A DNA stretch of 64,000 nucleotides, taken from the NCBI GenBank assembly GCA_973895155.1, contig OZ316892.1, positions 27,428,307 to 27,492,306 of the forward strand. Reading direction: 5' to 3'. Each line of letters starts with the position of its first letter. The first letter of the stretch is position 1. Positions 25,032-37,474 of the stretch are shown here, piece after piece. A model generated the notes under the pieces. That model was not told the origin of the DNA. It was given only the letters and a program-made list of their open reading frames with translations, and did not search any database. The translations under genes were made by a program, and so were the position numbers. Source of the stretch: Marsupella aquatica (Eukaryota > Plantae > Marchantiophyta).

Positions 25032-25167
25032 CCTTCTTGCAAGTTTGGTTTTTTTTCCTTTGGACCTCTTTTTTGCCTGTCTCATTGAATGTACTTTGCT
25101 GGCCAGTTTTTGTAAACAAGCTTAGAATGTTAATTTCCATGGTTTTCTTAATCAGTTTTTTTTTAAA

Positions 25168-25282
25168 ATTATTTTTGAAACCTGTGAAACCCCACAGAAA
25201 GGGAGCAGTTAGTTAGACCATTTAAAACTAGACATATGAGTCTCAACTCAAGTGAGCTATCACACATCCATGCCTCTATGGG
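25168..25282 (-). mobile_element. SINE-like family B (copy 2)
   Basis: CTGTGAAACCCCACA...AGTTAGT...CATGCCTCT shared with 7940-8066. Confidence 0.5.
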
Positions 25283-27407
25283 CCCCATTGTTTGTTTCTT
25301 GTTTTCCTTCCTAGTGTGTGCATTGGATTCTCCTTGGTTGGTTGCCCCCAGTGGTGAGTAAATGACCACTACTCATAGACAACATGCACATCTGTAACAT
25401 CTAATAATCACACAAGTAGTTGACTCAAGAGATGTATAATTCATCTCAACAAAGATTGTGTTCACATGAGCACACCAAAGAGCTTGACTGAAAACCTGTT
25501 AATTATATTAAGTCTTCACAAACTAAGCTATTTCCATTTCTCAATTGGTTCTGTAGCAATGCGCATACACTTCACTCACTACTGTAGGTAGCCTTTGCTA
25601 GAGAATATAATAGTAGCACATCTAATTTGAACCAAGCATTTGACTATGATTATACTAATTGCATGTGATAACTCTAGACTTAAGAATCAAGATGTTACAT
25701 TGATTTCTTGTTGGATAGTTTATTTTATTGTAGAGGTCATTCCTTCAAAGTCAATTAAGTTTTGTTTATTGTATGGTTCCTTCACAAGTGGACCATTAAG
25801 CTTGGACGTCCAAACTTTGATGGGATACTAAATGTTCTTTGTACGAAAGTTGAACTTTTTTCTCTAAAATTATGTCATCAAATTAAAAAGTGAGTTTAGA
25901 TAAATCCTTGGAAGCTTACAAGTCCCCTTTGGCATGATGAATAAGCCAGTGAAGGCTACTGGTGCATAATGCTCTAGCCAATAGTAAATGGGCGACTCCA
26001 TGCACGCAACACATTGGGGAGGGATAAACTCTTGCCAGTTCTCCTAGGTCAGGGCCCACTGGTTGACCCTGTATTGCTAGTAAACTGATCAATTTGAGTC
26101 AAATCCCATCTGGTAGAGATTAGAGTTTTACATTACTATAGCAAGCTCATCCTGGAACTTACACACTTTGTTAATTTGTCTTGTATAAAAATAATATACT
26201 TTTACTTTATCTGAATGAGGTGAATTACCAAATAAAGTCCAAAACCTGACAAGAAAGATTTCAATGAGACCAACCCAAGGGTAAGAAAACCAGGTAAAGT
26301 TTAAAATAAATAAACTTTGGATTGTGTGCCAGATTAATTTTTACTTTTTGAAATAAATCAAACTTGTCCTACCTTATTGTCAACACCTTAAGGTAAATTA
26401 GTTCATGGACCCCCATCTATTTTGATTGAGATTGAATCAATTGAAGGGCACAATTCAGAATGAGGGTGGGCCTACTATTAATTGAACAGTCGGTTACTCA
26501 GGTTAAATAAAACGGTTATTTTTGAAACATTTTTACATTAAGGTTTACAGCATGATGTCCTCAATTTTACCAAAATACTGTTACAAATGGGTGAAGTAAT
26601 TTTATTTTGTAAACCAATCCGTACGCATCATGATGACATGGCATGCTATGGAGTCTCAAATTTTGGAAGGAAACTCTAGTGGGGTCCGTAACAATAATTG
26701 AGTAGGCACACTACTTTGCCCTTTATTCCTCTAGGGCATAGTATGCTATTATCTATCAAGTGTATCTTTACGGATAAAAAATAATTATGTTCAAAACCAA
26801 AGACGGGAAGTATATGCTTGATGGGACCTTGCCAAAACAAATAGTCCAGGTGGTTTTGGTAGCTCAACAGTAGTTGGGTACAAAGACTAATCTTTGAGGA
26901 GGTCCTGAGATTAAAACTCGTTGTTGGTTATTGACTCTGCAGAATAATGCTTTTAGAGTGTGGCATGAAAATAAATTTGTTGCTTTGACAAGGATTAAAA
27001 GTTGAAGGAAATCCATGACTTACCCTAAATAAAAAGGAATTCTGATAAAATTTGAAAGGATTTATTTCAAGTTCCAAATCAATGAACTTACAAAGACTAC
27101 ACTTTCATAAGTGTAATTAAAACATACATAATTACCTCCAAAAAATTAGCAATCCAAAGCAGGTCAGGTGGGGAGGTATGATAACATAGCAAGGCCATCG
27201 GTTAGATTAGATCTTTGCATAACAGGGTGAAACAAGCAGGACCTGGTGAGTACCTGTTTCCCAACTCAAACCTGAGTTATCTCAGTGTCATGGCCCTACT
27301 TCTCCTTTTGTAAAATGAGGTGTGACTTTAGGTGTTGGCAGGCTCCCTACACTGCTTATCCTTCCCTCAAGCCTGTTTATGCAAGCTATTGTGGATCCAG
27401 AGCTCTC

Positions 27408-28358
27408 CCATGCGTCTTCGTTTGGGCTTGCCCCACCCACTTCTTGCTGGTTTACCTCCTACTTGCACTTGTGGGAAGCCTTGTGATGCCACAGGTGTCC
27501 ATCTTCTTCGATGCAGTTTGGCGGCGAAACCATTTTTGTTCATGACGCTGTGAGAGATGCGACTGCTCAGGTTCTCTCTGGCTCTTTGGTCTGCGCGCGG
27601 CGGGAGGTGGTGCTCGAGTTACCTAGTCCTCCATCACAGCGGTTACGGGTGGATCTTACCATGGTCCGTGATGGTCACCGTACTTTGGCAGATGTAGTGG
27701 TGGCAAACCCATTGCGCCAAGACATCATTGGGACAGCGGCAACAACGGCAGGGGCAGCAGCATCACGAGCAGCACAAACGAAGGAGGCCAAATATGCTGC
27801 ACGAGCTTCATCTGATAGCTTCCTGCCCCTTGCTCTTGAGATATTTGGGCGTCTTCATCATCAGTTCGACGGGCTTCTTCGCCAAGCTGCTCGGGATGTT
27901 CACGGCCGGATGGGTCCCACCGGGCCCCCGCTATCTGTTTTGACCACGCACTTTCGCCAACGCATTTCAGTCACCTTACAGCGTGCTCAAGCTCGGGCCG
28001 TCTATCGTCGATCTCTGACAGTGGGTGCTAGTGTGACTCCGCAGCGGCTAGCCCCCCTAGAGGACATTCCTGTCCCACTTGCCGATCTAGTTTCGACACT
28101 TGATGTAGACCACTAGCTTGTAGCCACATTTGCTAGGTATGATGAGGACCTCGGTCCATTTGCGGTAGTTTTAGTTACTCTTTCTTGGTTTTTAGGGGTT
28201 TCCTTTTGCTCACTTCTTTTAGTTCCTCTTTCTTGGTTTTTAGGGTTTCCTTTTGCTCACTTCTTTTGCGTTTGGTTTTGTCCACTTGGGACCTCTCTTG
28301 TTTATTCTTTTGTACTCTATTTGGCCTTTTTCTATATAAAGTATGTGTATATATTCCT
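27408..28358 (+). mobile_element. 5'-truncated copy of the CRE-like element
   Basis: About 99% identical to 24082-25031. TSD TCTCCCAT at 27404-27411 and 28359-28366, with CCAT microhomology at the 5' junction. Contains a 1-bp frameshift. Confidence 0.95.
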
Positions 28359-31300
28359 TCTCCCATTTCAACCAAACTCTCTTGCTCCCATTGACTTAGG
28401 GTTTGGCACCTAATACAGACAAAGAACTAGTTTTTCACCTGGAGTATCACCCTGTGTCCAATGTTTTAAGCTACAAGAGGGCCCCCAAAAGAGGGTCCAC
28501 TTGCCTCCAGGCTTGCCCCTAGTAGTGCACATTACTGCTGGGCACAATCACTGGAAAATTCACCATTCCATTGGGAAATCACAGTTTTGACTCATTGCGC
28601 GGGCTGAGAGTGACTAGAGGAGGAGGAGGAGATGAAAAATTCAATAGCACTTTCATAGAAGTGTAACTTACCTGCTCGTATGGAATGTGTCCAAAACTAT
28701 AAGACATTTAAATCTATGAATATGAACTTAATACAATTAGTCTTAGGTTTTGGAAATTATTTTCTAGTGGGGGTTTCAAAGACCAACCTTACGATGGATG
28801 GGGCTTTACTGATGGGCCTTTGAATTGTAAAAACTTGTGCGTACCTTCAAAAACACTTAAAGTCTTGGCAACAGCCATTTATTAGCATCAGTATGCATGA
28901 TTGGTATTTCAAACAATAGCATCTATTTTTCAAAAACGATCAGAAATGTCAGGAATGTTATTTACGAGTCCCTCATTCCTCACTCGCTCCTACTCATTAA
29001 TGGCGCCGCTAAAAGAGGAAACTCCTCCCTTTCACCGCAACGGGTTTGAAAATTCGACGGCCTAGATCACTCCTCAAATCCGATTCACAACTTTCCCCGT
29101 CGATCCCACTTTCCACTTGCGGCTGATAGAGGAGTGGATAAGGGCCGGACCTGACCTCCCGATCCCCGAACGTGGTATTCGTTGTCCCTAAGTGTCCTCC
29201 GCAGCATCAACCGGTCAGTCTGGTCATTGTCTCTCGGTTCCCGGTCAGTGACCGGTAGAGTCCAGGTACTCTAAATAGCAGACGTCAGCTATGAACTTAG
29301 TACTTACTGTACTTATAGTCCTACCTTTACTTTTCCACCGACTAGGTGTACCCCCATAGGCCCATACGGTGTGTTATGGTACAGTGAGATTACGATTAAT
29401 ACTGCCAGAGTTTATGAGCAGGAGGTTCTAAACGGCCGTTCGACAGCGTTGTATTTGAATACGGCCGTCGATCCCGGAAGTAGATCACCGGATATAATTA
29501 AGTCAAACTATTATCCGAAATAGCGAATGCTAAGGTTACTGTGGGTAGAAAAGCGCCAATCCGACCTCGACACTGATGGTACCGTAAACAGCTGTAAAGA
29601 GTAAAGACTTACGGTGCATGTTTCGTCGGCGTGCAATCCAGTACCCGAAGCTCAACTCGAAGCTGTACCGAGCCTGGGCCCTGCCTGCCATGCTTCGCGT
29701 GAACGGCTCCCGAGTCAGAATGCCAGGCCTGTCCCAGAGCACGTGGCCGGTTACCGGTTCTCACGACCGGGCATGTTTTGCGGCAGGGAAGGATCTTTCT
29801 CATCTCTTGTTCACCTTTTCTTGTTTAGTTGGGTTTTTTTTACTGCAGTAAAACTTGAATTTTCTTTTTCGTATATAAAATTTCCGGTCATCTTCTTGGG
29901 TCCAGTAAGAGAGCTTCGAAAATCTATCTGGAAAAATCCATGCCATCATCTATTTCTTGACCTCCTTCACCGACGGTGAGTAAAATAACATACAAATTTT
30001 GATTTTATCCATAAAATTATAATCTGGAAAGACTAGGTTTCACTTTGTTTCTGGCACCTAGGATGAAGTCTCTGCATACAACAATTAACAAACCAGGGGT
30101 ACATTAAGGGAGACCCTGAGAAGGTAGACAGTCTGAACAATGCAAACTAGAGTTTAAGGTATAGACCCTCTTGTTTACCACACTTGCCGTGGGTGGGGCT
30201 GAGGTTTATTACCTAATAATTAAAAAACCCCTTTTTAAAGAAAGTAATGGAAATTATCACCAACACAAGACTAGCACATCAAAGGTATGAAAAGACCTAC
30301 TGTACTAGTGCCGCGTTACTCCCGTCATCCTTCACAATAACTACCACAACGTAAACAAATGACTTTATTGTATAAAACCTTAATCTCCAAAGTATCCTGC
30401 ATTATTGCACGTTTAACTGGGCTATGGCGGCTAAGAAGAAGCCTAGATCTCTAACGATTATTCTCTCATAGGCATTCAGATCGTACCAAAGCTATAGGTT
30501 TGAGTGTATTACTTCGTTACAACGACCAATAAAAATCACCTACTGTAGTGTGTTTCTTCCTTAGTTTATGGAAGGCTAGTGTAGTTCTTCATTTCTCGGG
30601 CTGTGCACTGTTGACTTGTTTCCTCCAATGTTGTTCTCCACCCCCAATGTTAGGCCCACATCCAATACCTTAGTGACAATCGGGTTAGCGCATTAAATAA
30701 GTTATTAGGAGTTTTTGAGTCTGTGAGACAAAAATTTAGATAGTAGTGTTTGTATATCTTGGAAATTTACAATCTGTTTGTTTCGGGAACATTCCAAGCA
30801 TTTAATGTAAACCACTTATGACATTGTTTAAAAGTAAAAAATGAGATGTGGAGGAATTATTTGTGGCATTCTTCTCCAATTTGAAGAAAAACATATTAAT
30901 TTTTTGCCGCTGTGCATGTGCGAACCTGATCCTCCCTAAGGTACCATGTGCCAACTTGATCCTCCGTAAGGTACTGTGCTGTGCAGTACAGCCTGACTAG
31001 TGGTAGACCATGACATTAGGATTTTTGCACTTTACAGGATGCATGTGTTTGTCTCTGTGCCCTTGAATTAAATTGATCCTCGGACGGACAAGAACATTTG
31101 ACCTTGACAATGAGATTGACCAAACAAATATAGGAAAAAAACCTAGTTATACAATGGAAGGGTGGTAGCAGAGTAAAATTATTTCGGTGGTCCATAGCAG
31201 CGTCCGACTGGTCTTGAATAGAAAGAATACTCCAACGGAGAAGACAAGGGACAAGGAAAAATATTTCAATCAAGTCCATAGAAGAGAAAATTGATTTCCA

Positions 31301-33492
31301 ACAGAGAAGAAACGAAAAATTGCTAAAGATTCTTAACCATCATTTTCAATCAAGTCCATAGAGTACGTGGACTCGGCCCGTACCTGGATACTTAATATAT
31401 TAATTGAAAAAATACATATAACTCACATATATGTACATGTACACCTCGTATAGTTCTAGTACGACACCATAACGCGACTTGAGTATGCGCAATTATTTGA
31501 AATTCCTAAAAATCCTTCGAGATATTCTATGAATCTTCTATCTGGGCGGTCTATTCCATCTACAAACGGCTGAGATTGCATACGCTCTCCCGGACCGTAT
31601 CACAAGTACAGAGGCGCACATCGATGTCACCGTGCGAGATTCACCGCGACGGCTATGGCGGGAGGAGAGAGGTAACTTCACAATTATTACTGCCGTCGCT
31701 GTAATAATTTGTCAGGAGTGCAGCGATGGGGAGCGAGAGGGCGAAGCAGAGGGCGACGGACAGAAGATGACGGTTGATGTCGTAGAGCCACCGGCGAAAG
31801 GGAGGGTGAGAGGGACTGAATAGGCGGGGGGAATGGAGCGTGAGAAAGGGGACAGGGTGAAGCAGAGGGCGGTCGACGGAGGTGCAGAGCAGGAGGCAAA
31901 AGGAAGGAAAGGAGAGCGATGGCGGAGGAGAGGAGAGCAGAGAGGGAGGAAGGAGTCGAGAGAATGCGGAGCTCGACGGACGATTGATGAGAGCGTGATT
32001 TCATAGAAGGAGGAGATCGGGAAAAGGAGATTTCGAATCATCAATAACCTGCCTTTACATTCGTCCGCATTCCTCGTGGAGTAGTGGAGATTGCTGCTTT
32101 TTCTCCGTGGCCCCGTGTGGAGTTTTCAGTCCGTGCGGGGATGGACAGGTGATCATCGACATTCGATCCCTCAGGAGGAGTCAGGACGGAGGTGGAGACC
32201 GGAGATCCAAGAAGAGAGAAGAGGAACGAGGAGGTGGAGAAACGCTGGAGAAGACAAATCTTCTTTGCGCCTGATAATAATATACAAAGATGGCAAGGCG
32301 TTGAACGAAGACCTTTGATTATTATTATGTTATCATCATCATAGGCTTCTAGGTACGGTCTTCTAGCTCAACGGGCAGCGCAGAAGCTGCGCCCGAGGAG
32401 GACGAAGTTGAAGGATCGACGTGACGAGCGACGAGGACAAAGTCGAAGAATAGACGTGAAGAGAGGGAGACCTACAATAGAGAAGGCGGGCCGCGGAGCC
32501 GCAGAGGGGAATAGTCAGCTTGAAGTGATTTTGTTTGTGGCAAGGATGAGAGAGTGAGTACGACTTTAGTAGGTTGATTAGTTGTTAGTTGATGAGTCGT
32601 AGAGCCGTGGTTTGATTTGCGAGGGGGTCACACCAGTGGAAATCATAGGAGGCACTCAAGGCAGGAGCCTAGGAGAGGATTCAGGTGTGGTGTGGTGTCG
32701 CGTGGTGAACAGACAGGCGCCCTGATTGTGCGTCCATCTGTTCGTCTTTTTGGATTGTGTTTGTGTCAAATGAGCCTTGTCGTCCGTTTCATTACTTGGT
32801 GGGGACAGAAGCAGAACGCGTCTGGTCTAGGGAAAAGCGCTGCTATAGTGAAATCGTGCCTGATTTGGTCGCCAGTGACTATCTCGAGCCAGACTTTTGA
32901 GAATGAGTGTTGTCTCGTGCATTTCTTAGATTTCTCACGAAGACTCGATTGGGCTGGACTAGATACTAGACCCGGAGAAGGTGGTGGAGGCCAGAAGAGA
33001 AAGTAGACAGCAATAAGCTGGAGGATAGACTAGGTCCATAGCGTAGTGGAGGTGGAAAGAAGGGAAGCTGCAGCTGTGAGTTGCTAGTTCGCGGTAGTCA
33101 TTTGAATGCGCATGACCTGGGAGCTGAAGGAACTGTCGGCAGCCTTAGCGGTGGGGAATTATCGACTTTGTTGCGGTTCTCTGTTTTGCTCTCCGTTGAT
33201 CGATCGAGTGGTTCCCTCTCACTCTTCTTAGTTCCAATCTAAGGAATGAAGGAAACGTTAGGTTTCCCACGAGGAACTTGAGCATTATTTTGCTTAGTTT
33301 CGATCTTTTCTGATCTCGTTCTGGCCTCTGGATCTGGTTCATATCATTCTGTTGGCTCCTAGTCTCTTTTTGCCGCTTGTCGTTGTGAGTGAGAGCTGCT
33401 GAAGCTGGCGCGGTGGGTGTTCTCGTTGTAGAGTTTACGAATCAGGAGAATCAGTGTCGTGATCTTACAACGCTCTCCTAGAGGGAGTGGAA

Positions 33493-35640
33493 ATGGGGAA
33501 TACGATGGGAAAGAAGAAGAAGCTAGGAAGTGCATCATCCGCCAAGTGGGTGGCGCCGGCAGCCGAGGTGCAGCAGGCCCAGTCCAAGAAGGACGCGCTT
33601 AGTCCTCTGGGCCGGAGCTACTCCATGCCGCTGCACCACGCGAAACCGAAATCGGACAATTATCACTTCGTGGCGCTCACTTCGAGCACTTACGGAATTC
33701 TCAAAGTGGATGTTCCGAAGAAGGGAGACGGAGGAGAAGAGCGGACGAACGAGGAGCTGGGGCGCAAGACGTCTATATCTCGAGGCAGGTCGATGGGAGG
33801 GGAGCCCGGGGGGGCCTTTGAGGCGAACTTCAATGACTTCCAGGAAAAGATGAGGAAATTGGACGGTCCTGAGGATATGGTCCCCCGACCTTGGTCCGAG
33901 GTAGACGACATTGTTACCAAGCTGAAGGCTCCGGGGATTGACGGCTACCACAAAATGCGCCAGGGAGGGCCGGAGGTGCTGAAAGCTGTGAAGGAGGACG
34001 AGCCGGAAATGATAAATATGTGGGAGCTGATGGAAGGATTGGACGATGATGCGCGGAGTCCGATGCCCGCGGCAGTGCGCTTGATAGAGTCTCCGCACGC
34101 CCAGAAGTCGGGAACGGTGGCAAAGAAAGTGCGGAACTTAGAGACGTCGCTCTCCTTCTCATCCATTCACACTGTCACAGACGTCGATACCGATTTTCTG
34201 GAGGAGGCAGTTAAGTCTGAGCTCCAAACAGCTTATGAAACTGATACGCTCATCAAAGGTAAGTGCTACACCAACCAGAGTCCTTCTATAACTCCCATTG
34301 GTGCTCTAGGGAGGTCGAATACTACTACTGGTAGTTTTGCTCGTCATGGATCCGGCAAAGAGAATGCTCCATTATCCCCCGCTGTGCAACGGGATTCCTC
34401 CCTCTCCACTCTTACTCCGGTGAAGCTGAACTCCCACTCTGGCCTTGTCGATTCCAAGGGCAGCAAGAACAACATCACAAGTACCACAGGAATCTTTGGC
34501 AGCACGCCAAACTTCACCAACAAGGCTGCGGGAGGAGGCGGTGGAGGTGTCGTGGTGGAGAGCCCAAATACTCCAGTAAAAGCTATTATTGAGAATTTCG
34601 GTAAAGTCTCCTCTTCCGGGTCGAAATACAATCACAATTCGCCCTCTCATCTGCTCGACATATCTCCCAGAGGGGTAGTTTCTAGAAGCACATTGTCCCC
34701 ACGGATTGCCCTCCAGCACGCTAGGTTGGAGAATGGTTCTTCCAACACAAGTCCTTCGGGTTTCCCTACATCCTCATCCTCCGACGACTCCGAAGTGGAT
34801 CAACTGCAGCAAGAAATTCCTCCGGAAAGCCCTCTGTTCGATCCGGAGCTCTTAGCGTCATTCGAAAAGGCCATCGAAGATGTTTCGGAGGACGAATGGT
34901 ACCGCGTGAGGCGCAGCGACGCGGGAGTGGCCTCCACGTCCGGCAGCTCGTCGGATGGTGACAGCCCCTTAAGAGGAAACGCCCCAGGAGTCTATCCTAC
35001 GAACAACAAAACCACCAGTCACCTCTCGCAAGCATCCCCCTTGGCAAGAAGCAAGAAGCCTGACAGCACTGACCCAACTCTCACGAGGAAGATGTCCTCC
35101 AAAGTTTCCCCCGTAGATTTTCGGGACGTGGTTCTCCAGAAGGTTGTGAAGAAGGTCGACCCTTTCGATAAATTTGAGGAGAAGTGCCCTCCCGGTGGTG
35201 AGGGCCGTGCTGTGCTGTACGTGACCAGTCTTAGAGGAATCAGGAAAACGTTTGAGGATTGCAGCCACATGAAGCTGGTGATCATGGGCTCCCGGGTTGC
35301 TATCGACGAGAGGGATGTGTCTATGCATTCTGATTTCAGGCAAGAATTGAAGGACCTTCTCGGGAAGCCCATGCCGGTACCTAGATTGTTCATCAAGGGC
35401 CATTACATCGGCGGCGCGGAGGAGGTATCACTTCTGCACGAGGATGGGACTCTCGCCAAGTTGTTGGAGACTTTGCCGAAGCAGACGTCGTGGGAGCCAT
35501 GCGATGGTTGTGGTGATCACCGATTTGTGCCGTGCTCTGAATGCAGTGGGAGTTGCAAGGTCGTGAATGAAGACGATCAGGTAGTGAAGTGTACAGAATG
35601 TAACGAAAACGGACTCGTGAGGTGCCCCATGTGCTTCTAG
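33493..35640 (+). CDS. Glutaredoxin-domain protein with C-terminal 4xCxxC (At5g39865-like), intronless
   Basis: 715 aa from ATG 33493. Motifs INMWELMEGL, CPPGGEGRAVLYVTSLRGIRKTFEDC, ERDVSMH, VPRLFIKGHYIGGAEEV, CDGC...CSEC...CTEC...CPMC. Long Ser-rich disordered middle and MG N-terminus. Confidence 0.95.
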   Translation: MGNTMGKKKKLGSASSAKWVAPAAEVQQAQSKKDALSPLGRSYSMPLHHAKPKSDNYHFVALTSSTYGILKVDVPKKGDGGEERTNEELGRKTSISRGRSMGGEPGGAFEANFNDFQEKMRKLDGPEDMVPRPWSEVDDIVTKLKAPGIDGYHKMRQGGPEVLKAVKEDEPEMINMWELMEGLDDDARSPMPAAVRLIESPHAQKSGTVAKKVRNLETSLSFSSIHTVTDVDTDFLEEAVKSELQTAYETDTLIKGKCYTNQSPSITPIGALGRSNTTTGSFARHGSGKENAPLSPAVQRDSSLSTLTPVKLNSHSGLVDSKGSKNNITSTTGIFGSTPNFTNKAAGGGGGGVVVESPNTPVKAIIENFGKVSSSGSKYNHNSPSHLLDISPRGVVSRSTLSPRIALQHARLENGSSNTSPSGFPTSSSSDDSEVDQLQQEIPPESPLFDPELLASFEKAIEDVSEDEWYRVRRSDAGVASTSGSSSDGDSPLRGNAPGVYPTNNKTTSHLSQASPLARSKKPDSTDPTLTRKMSSKVSPVDFRDVVLQKVVKKVDPFDKFEEKCPPGGEGRAVLYVTSLRGIRKTFEDCSHMKLVIMGSRVAIDERDVSMHSDFRQELKDLLGKPMPVPRLFIKGHYIGGAEEVSLLHEDGTLAKLLETLPKQTSWEPCDGCGDHRFVPCSECSGSCKVVNEDDQVVKCTECNENGLVRCPMCF

Positions 35641-37162
35641 TGATAAATTGCGCGTGTGAAAATTTAGGTCCTTGTTCCGAAGTGATTTCCCTCTGCTTCT
35701 CCTTTAAGGGTGAGGACGGCATGTAGCCCATTGATCATGAATCGGTGAACACTCAAATGCCGGATGGGTCTGTTTAAATGCGAACCGTGGAACCTCTTGG
35801 ACATTCGCTTATAGGGCAAAGTGGTCCTTATGGATGGCGACGATTTTTACTTGGCAATCGCAGCTGGCTTTGTTCCGGAGGTGCACTGGGCAAGGATGGT
35901 CTGTGTTCTCTCTGAGCTAGTAGGATCCAACAGGCGAGCACTCAGAATGACAGGCCTACCAATTTTGCTTTCCGTTTGCGAGATATCGTCGAATTCCGGT
36001 GTCCCTTTGCGGGATGTATGCTAAGAAAATGTGGAAATTCAATGCCCTAGACCTTGAGTAAGGGGCTACATGCATATCCGGATCTCCAGGTGCCACATTG
36101 GAGTACTTCGAGACCCTTGGTTATGTGAGCTTTGTTGGTGCAACTGGAGGCACCTGTATTTTCATACCGTACAGTGAGTTTCTCAACACCAGTGCAGTGT
36201 CCAATCGTGCGTTGAAAAACTAACGAGTTAAGAGATGTCGGGGTTAGCGTGAAACCTTATATTTTGGGGTCATTCACAAGTTTGAAGCTGTGTTTCACCG
36301 TTTGATCAAAAGCAGTTTCTTAAGGTGATACGTTGATAGGCATAGCTCGTAGTAGGGAGATTCGCTCCTTGTACACAACATTGTGATGTAGTGAGCATGT
36401 CAGGTAACTTAGCGAATAGATTTCTGCTGCTACCTTAACAGCAACAACTCACGACAAGTAGTTTTGTTCTTCGATCATTGAAACTGTCAGCAGCAGACGC
36501 GCACTGCTGATTAATGCATCCGTCGCCGCCGATGAATCTGTAGACTTATTCTCGGCTCCCAGAGGTGTGGTCTGTCCGTGGCTGGCCGGTGGATGATGCT
36601 CTGTAGTTTTGTCATACTTCTTGGGAATTAGGGCACCAATTCAGTTGCCTTAACCTATATGTACATACGAAAAAATATTTTACCCTCTACTTCTTGAGGA
36701 CCGTAATTCCCGCTAATGGTGTGCGATGATTGTCTTTTCTTCCTCTCGATCCTTCCTGCATTCCGAATCTAGCATTTTCGTTAGGACGCAGCGACATGAG
36801 GAGTGTCTTACGTTGATTGTGACGTGCGAAATATGATCGTTGAAGACGGGGTCGAGAGTTCACAGATGCTCTCAGCACTCCCTCCGTGCCATTCATCTGT
36901 GGAAGTTGCCGAGTATGAGTTAATTGGGATTCTGTTACAATTTGACATCAGTAGTACAGACTGCACACGACTTTGGGGATGGAGGTTGTGCGGGGGGAGG
37001 AGTGGGCGGTTGTGCGAAACGCTACAATTGGGTTTACATGGCATCGTCTTTATTGCTTGTCGAATGGAGTTTTCTGGATGACTCCACCGAAGTGGTCCCT
37101 TGTAGCTTATTCTGTACCCACAGCCTGACAGGTGATTGTCCTCTCGGTCTTGTACGGTGAAG

Positions 37163-37474
37163 ATGGATAACTGCCGTGTGTAATTTGTGAGTCGTACTGG
37201 TGCAGGAGTCGGATTTCTACAGTTGGACTTCGTAATGTTTAGCTGGGGCTGCCGAAACTCTGGGGGTTGTGTGTTGTTGCTTTTCGTGATACGCTGTGAT
37301 GACTATCTCCATGGTTGAGTGGAGATGGATGACTGCCGTGTCGTAAAAGCATTCAGGAGTCAGTCGTAGTGATACAGTGACGGGATTGCTACAGTTGAAC
37401 TTCGTAATTTTTAGCTGGGCTGCCTAAACTCTGACTATTGTGTTTGGTACTTTTGGTGATGCTGTGATGACTCT
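37163..37474. repeat. Diverged tandem duplication, ~160 bp period
   Basis: GATGGAT.ACTGCCGTGT...CTACAGTTG.ACTTCGTAAT.TTTAGCTGGG...GCTGTGATGACT occurs twice. Confidence 0.8.

Noticed and set aside
24850-25216. Lys-rich and Phe/Leu-rich ORFs after the CRE ORF
   Set aside because: Compositional artefacts of the T-rich 3' UTR.
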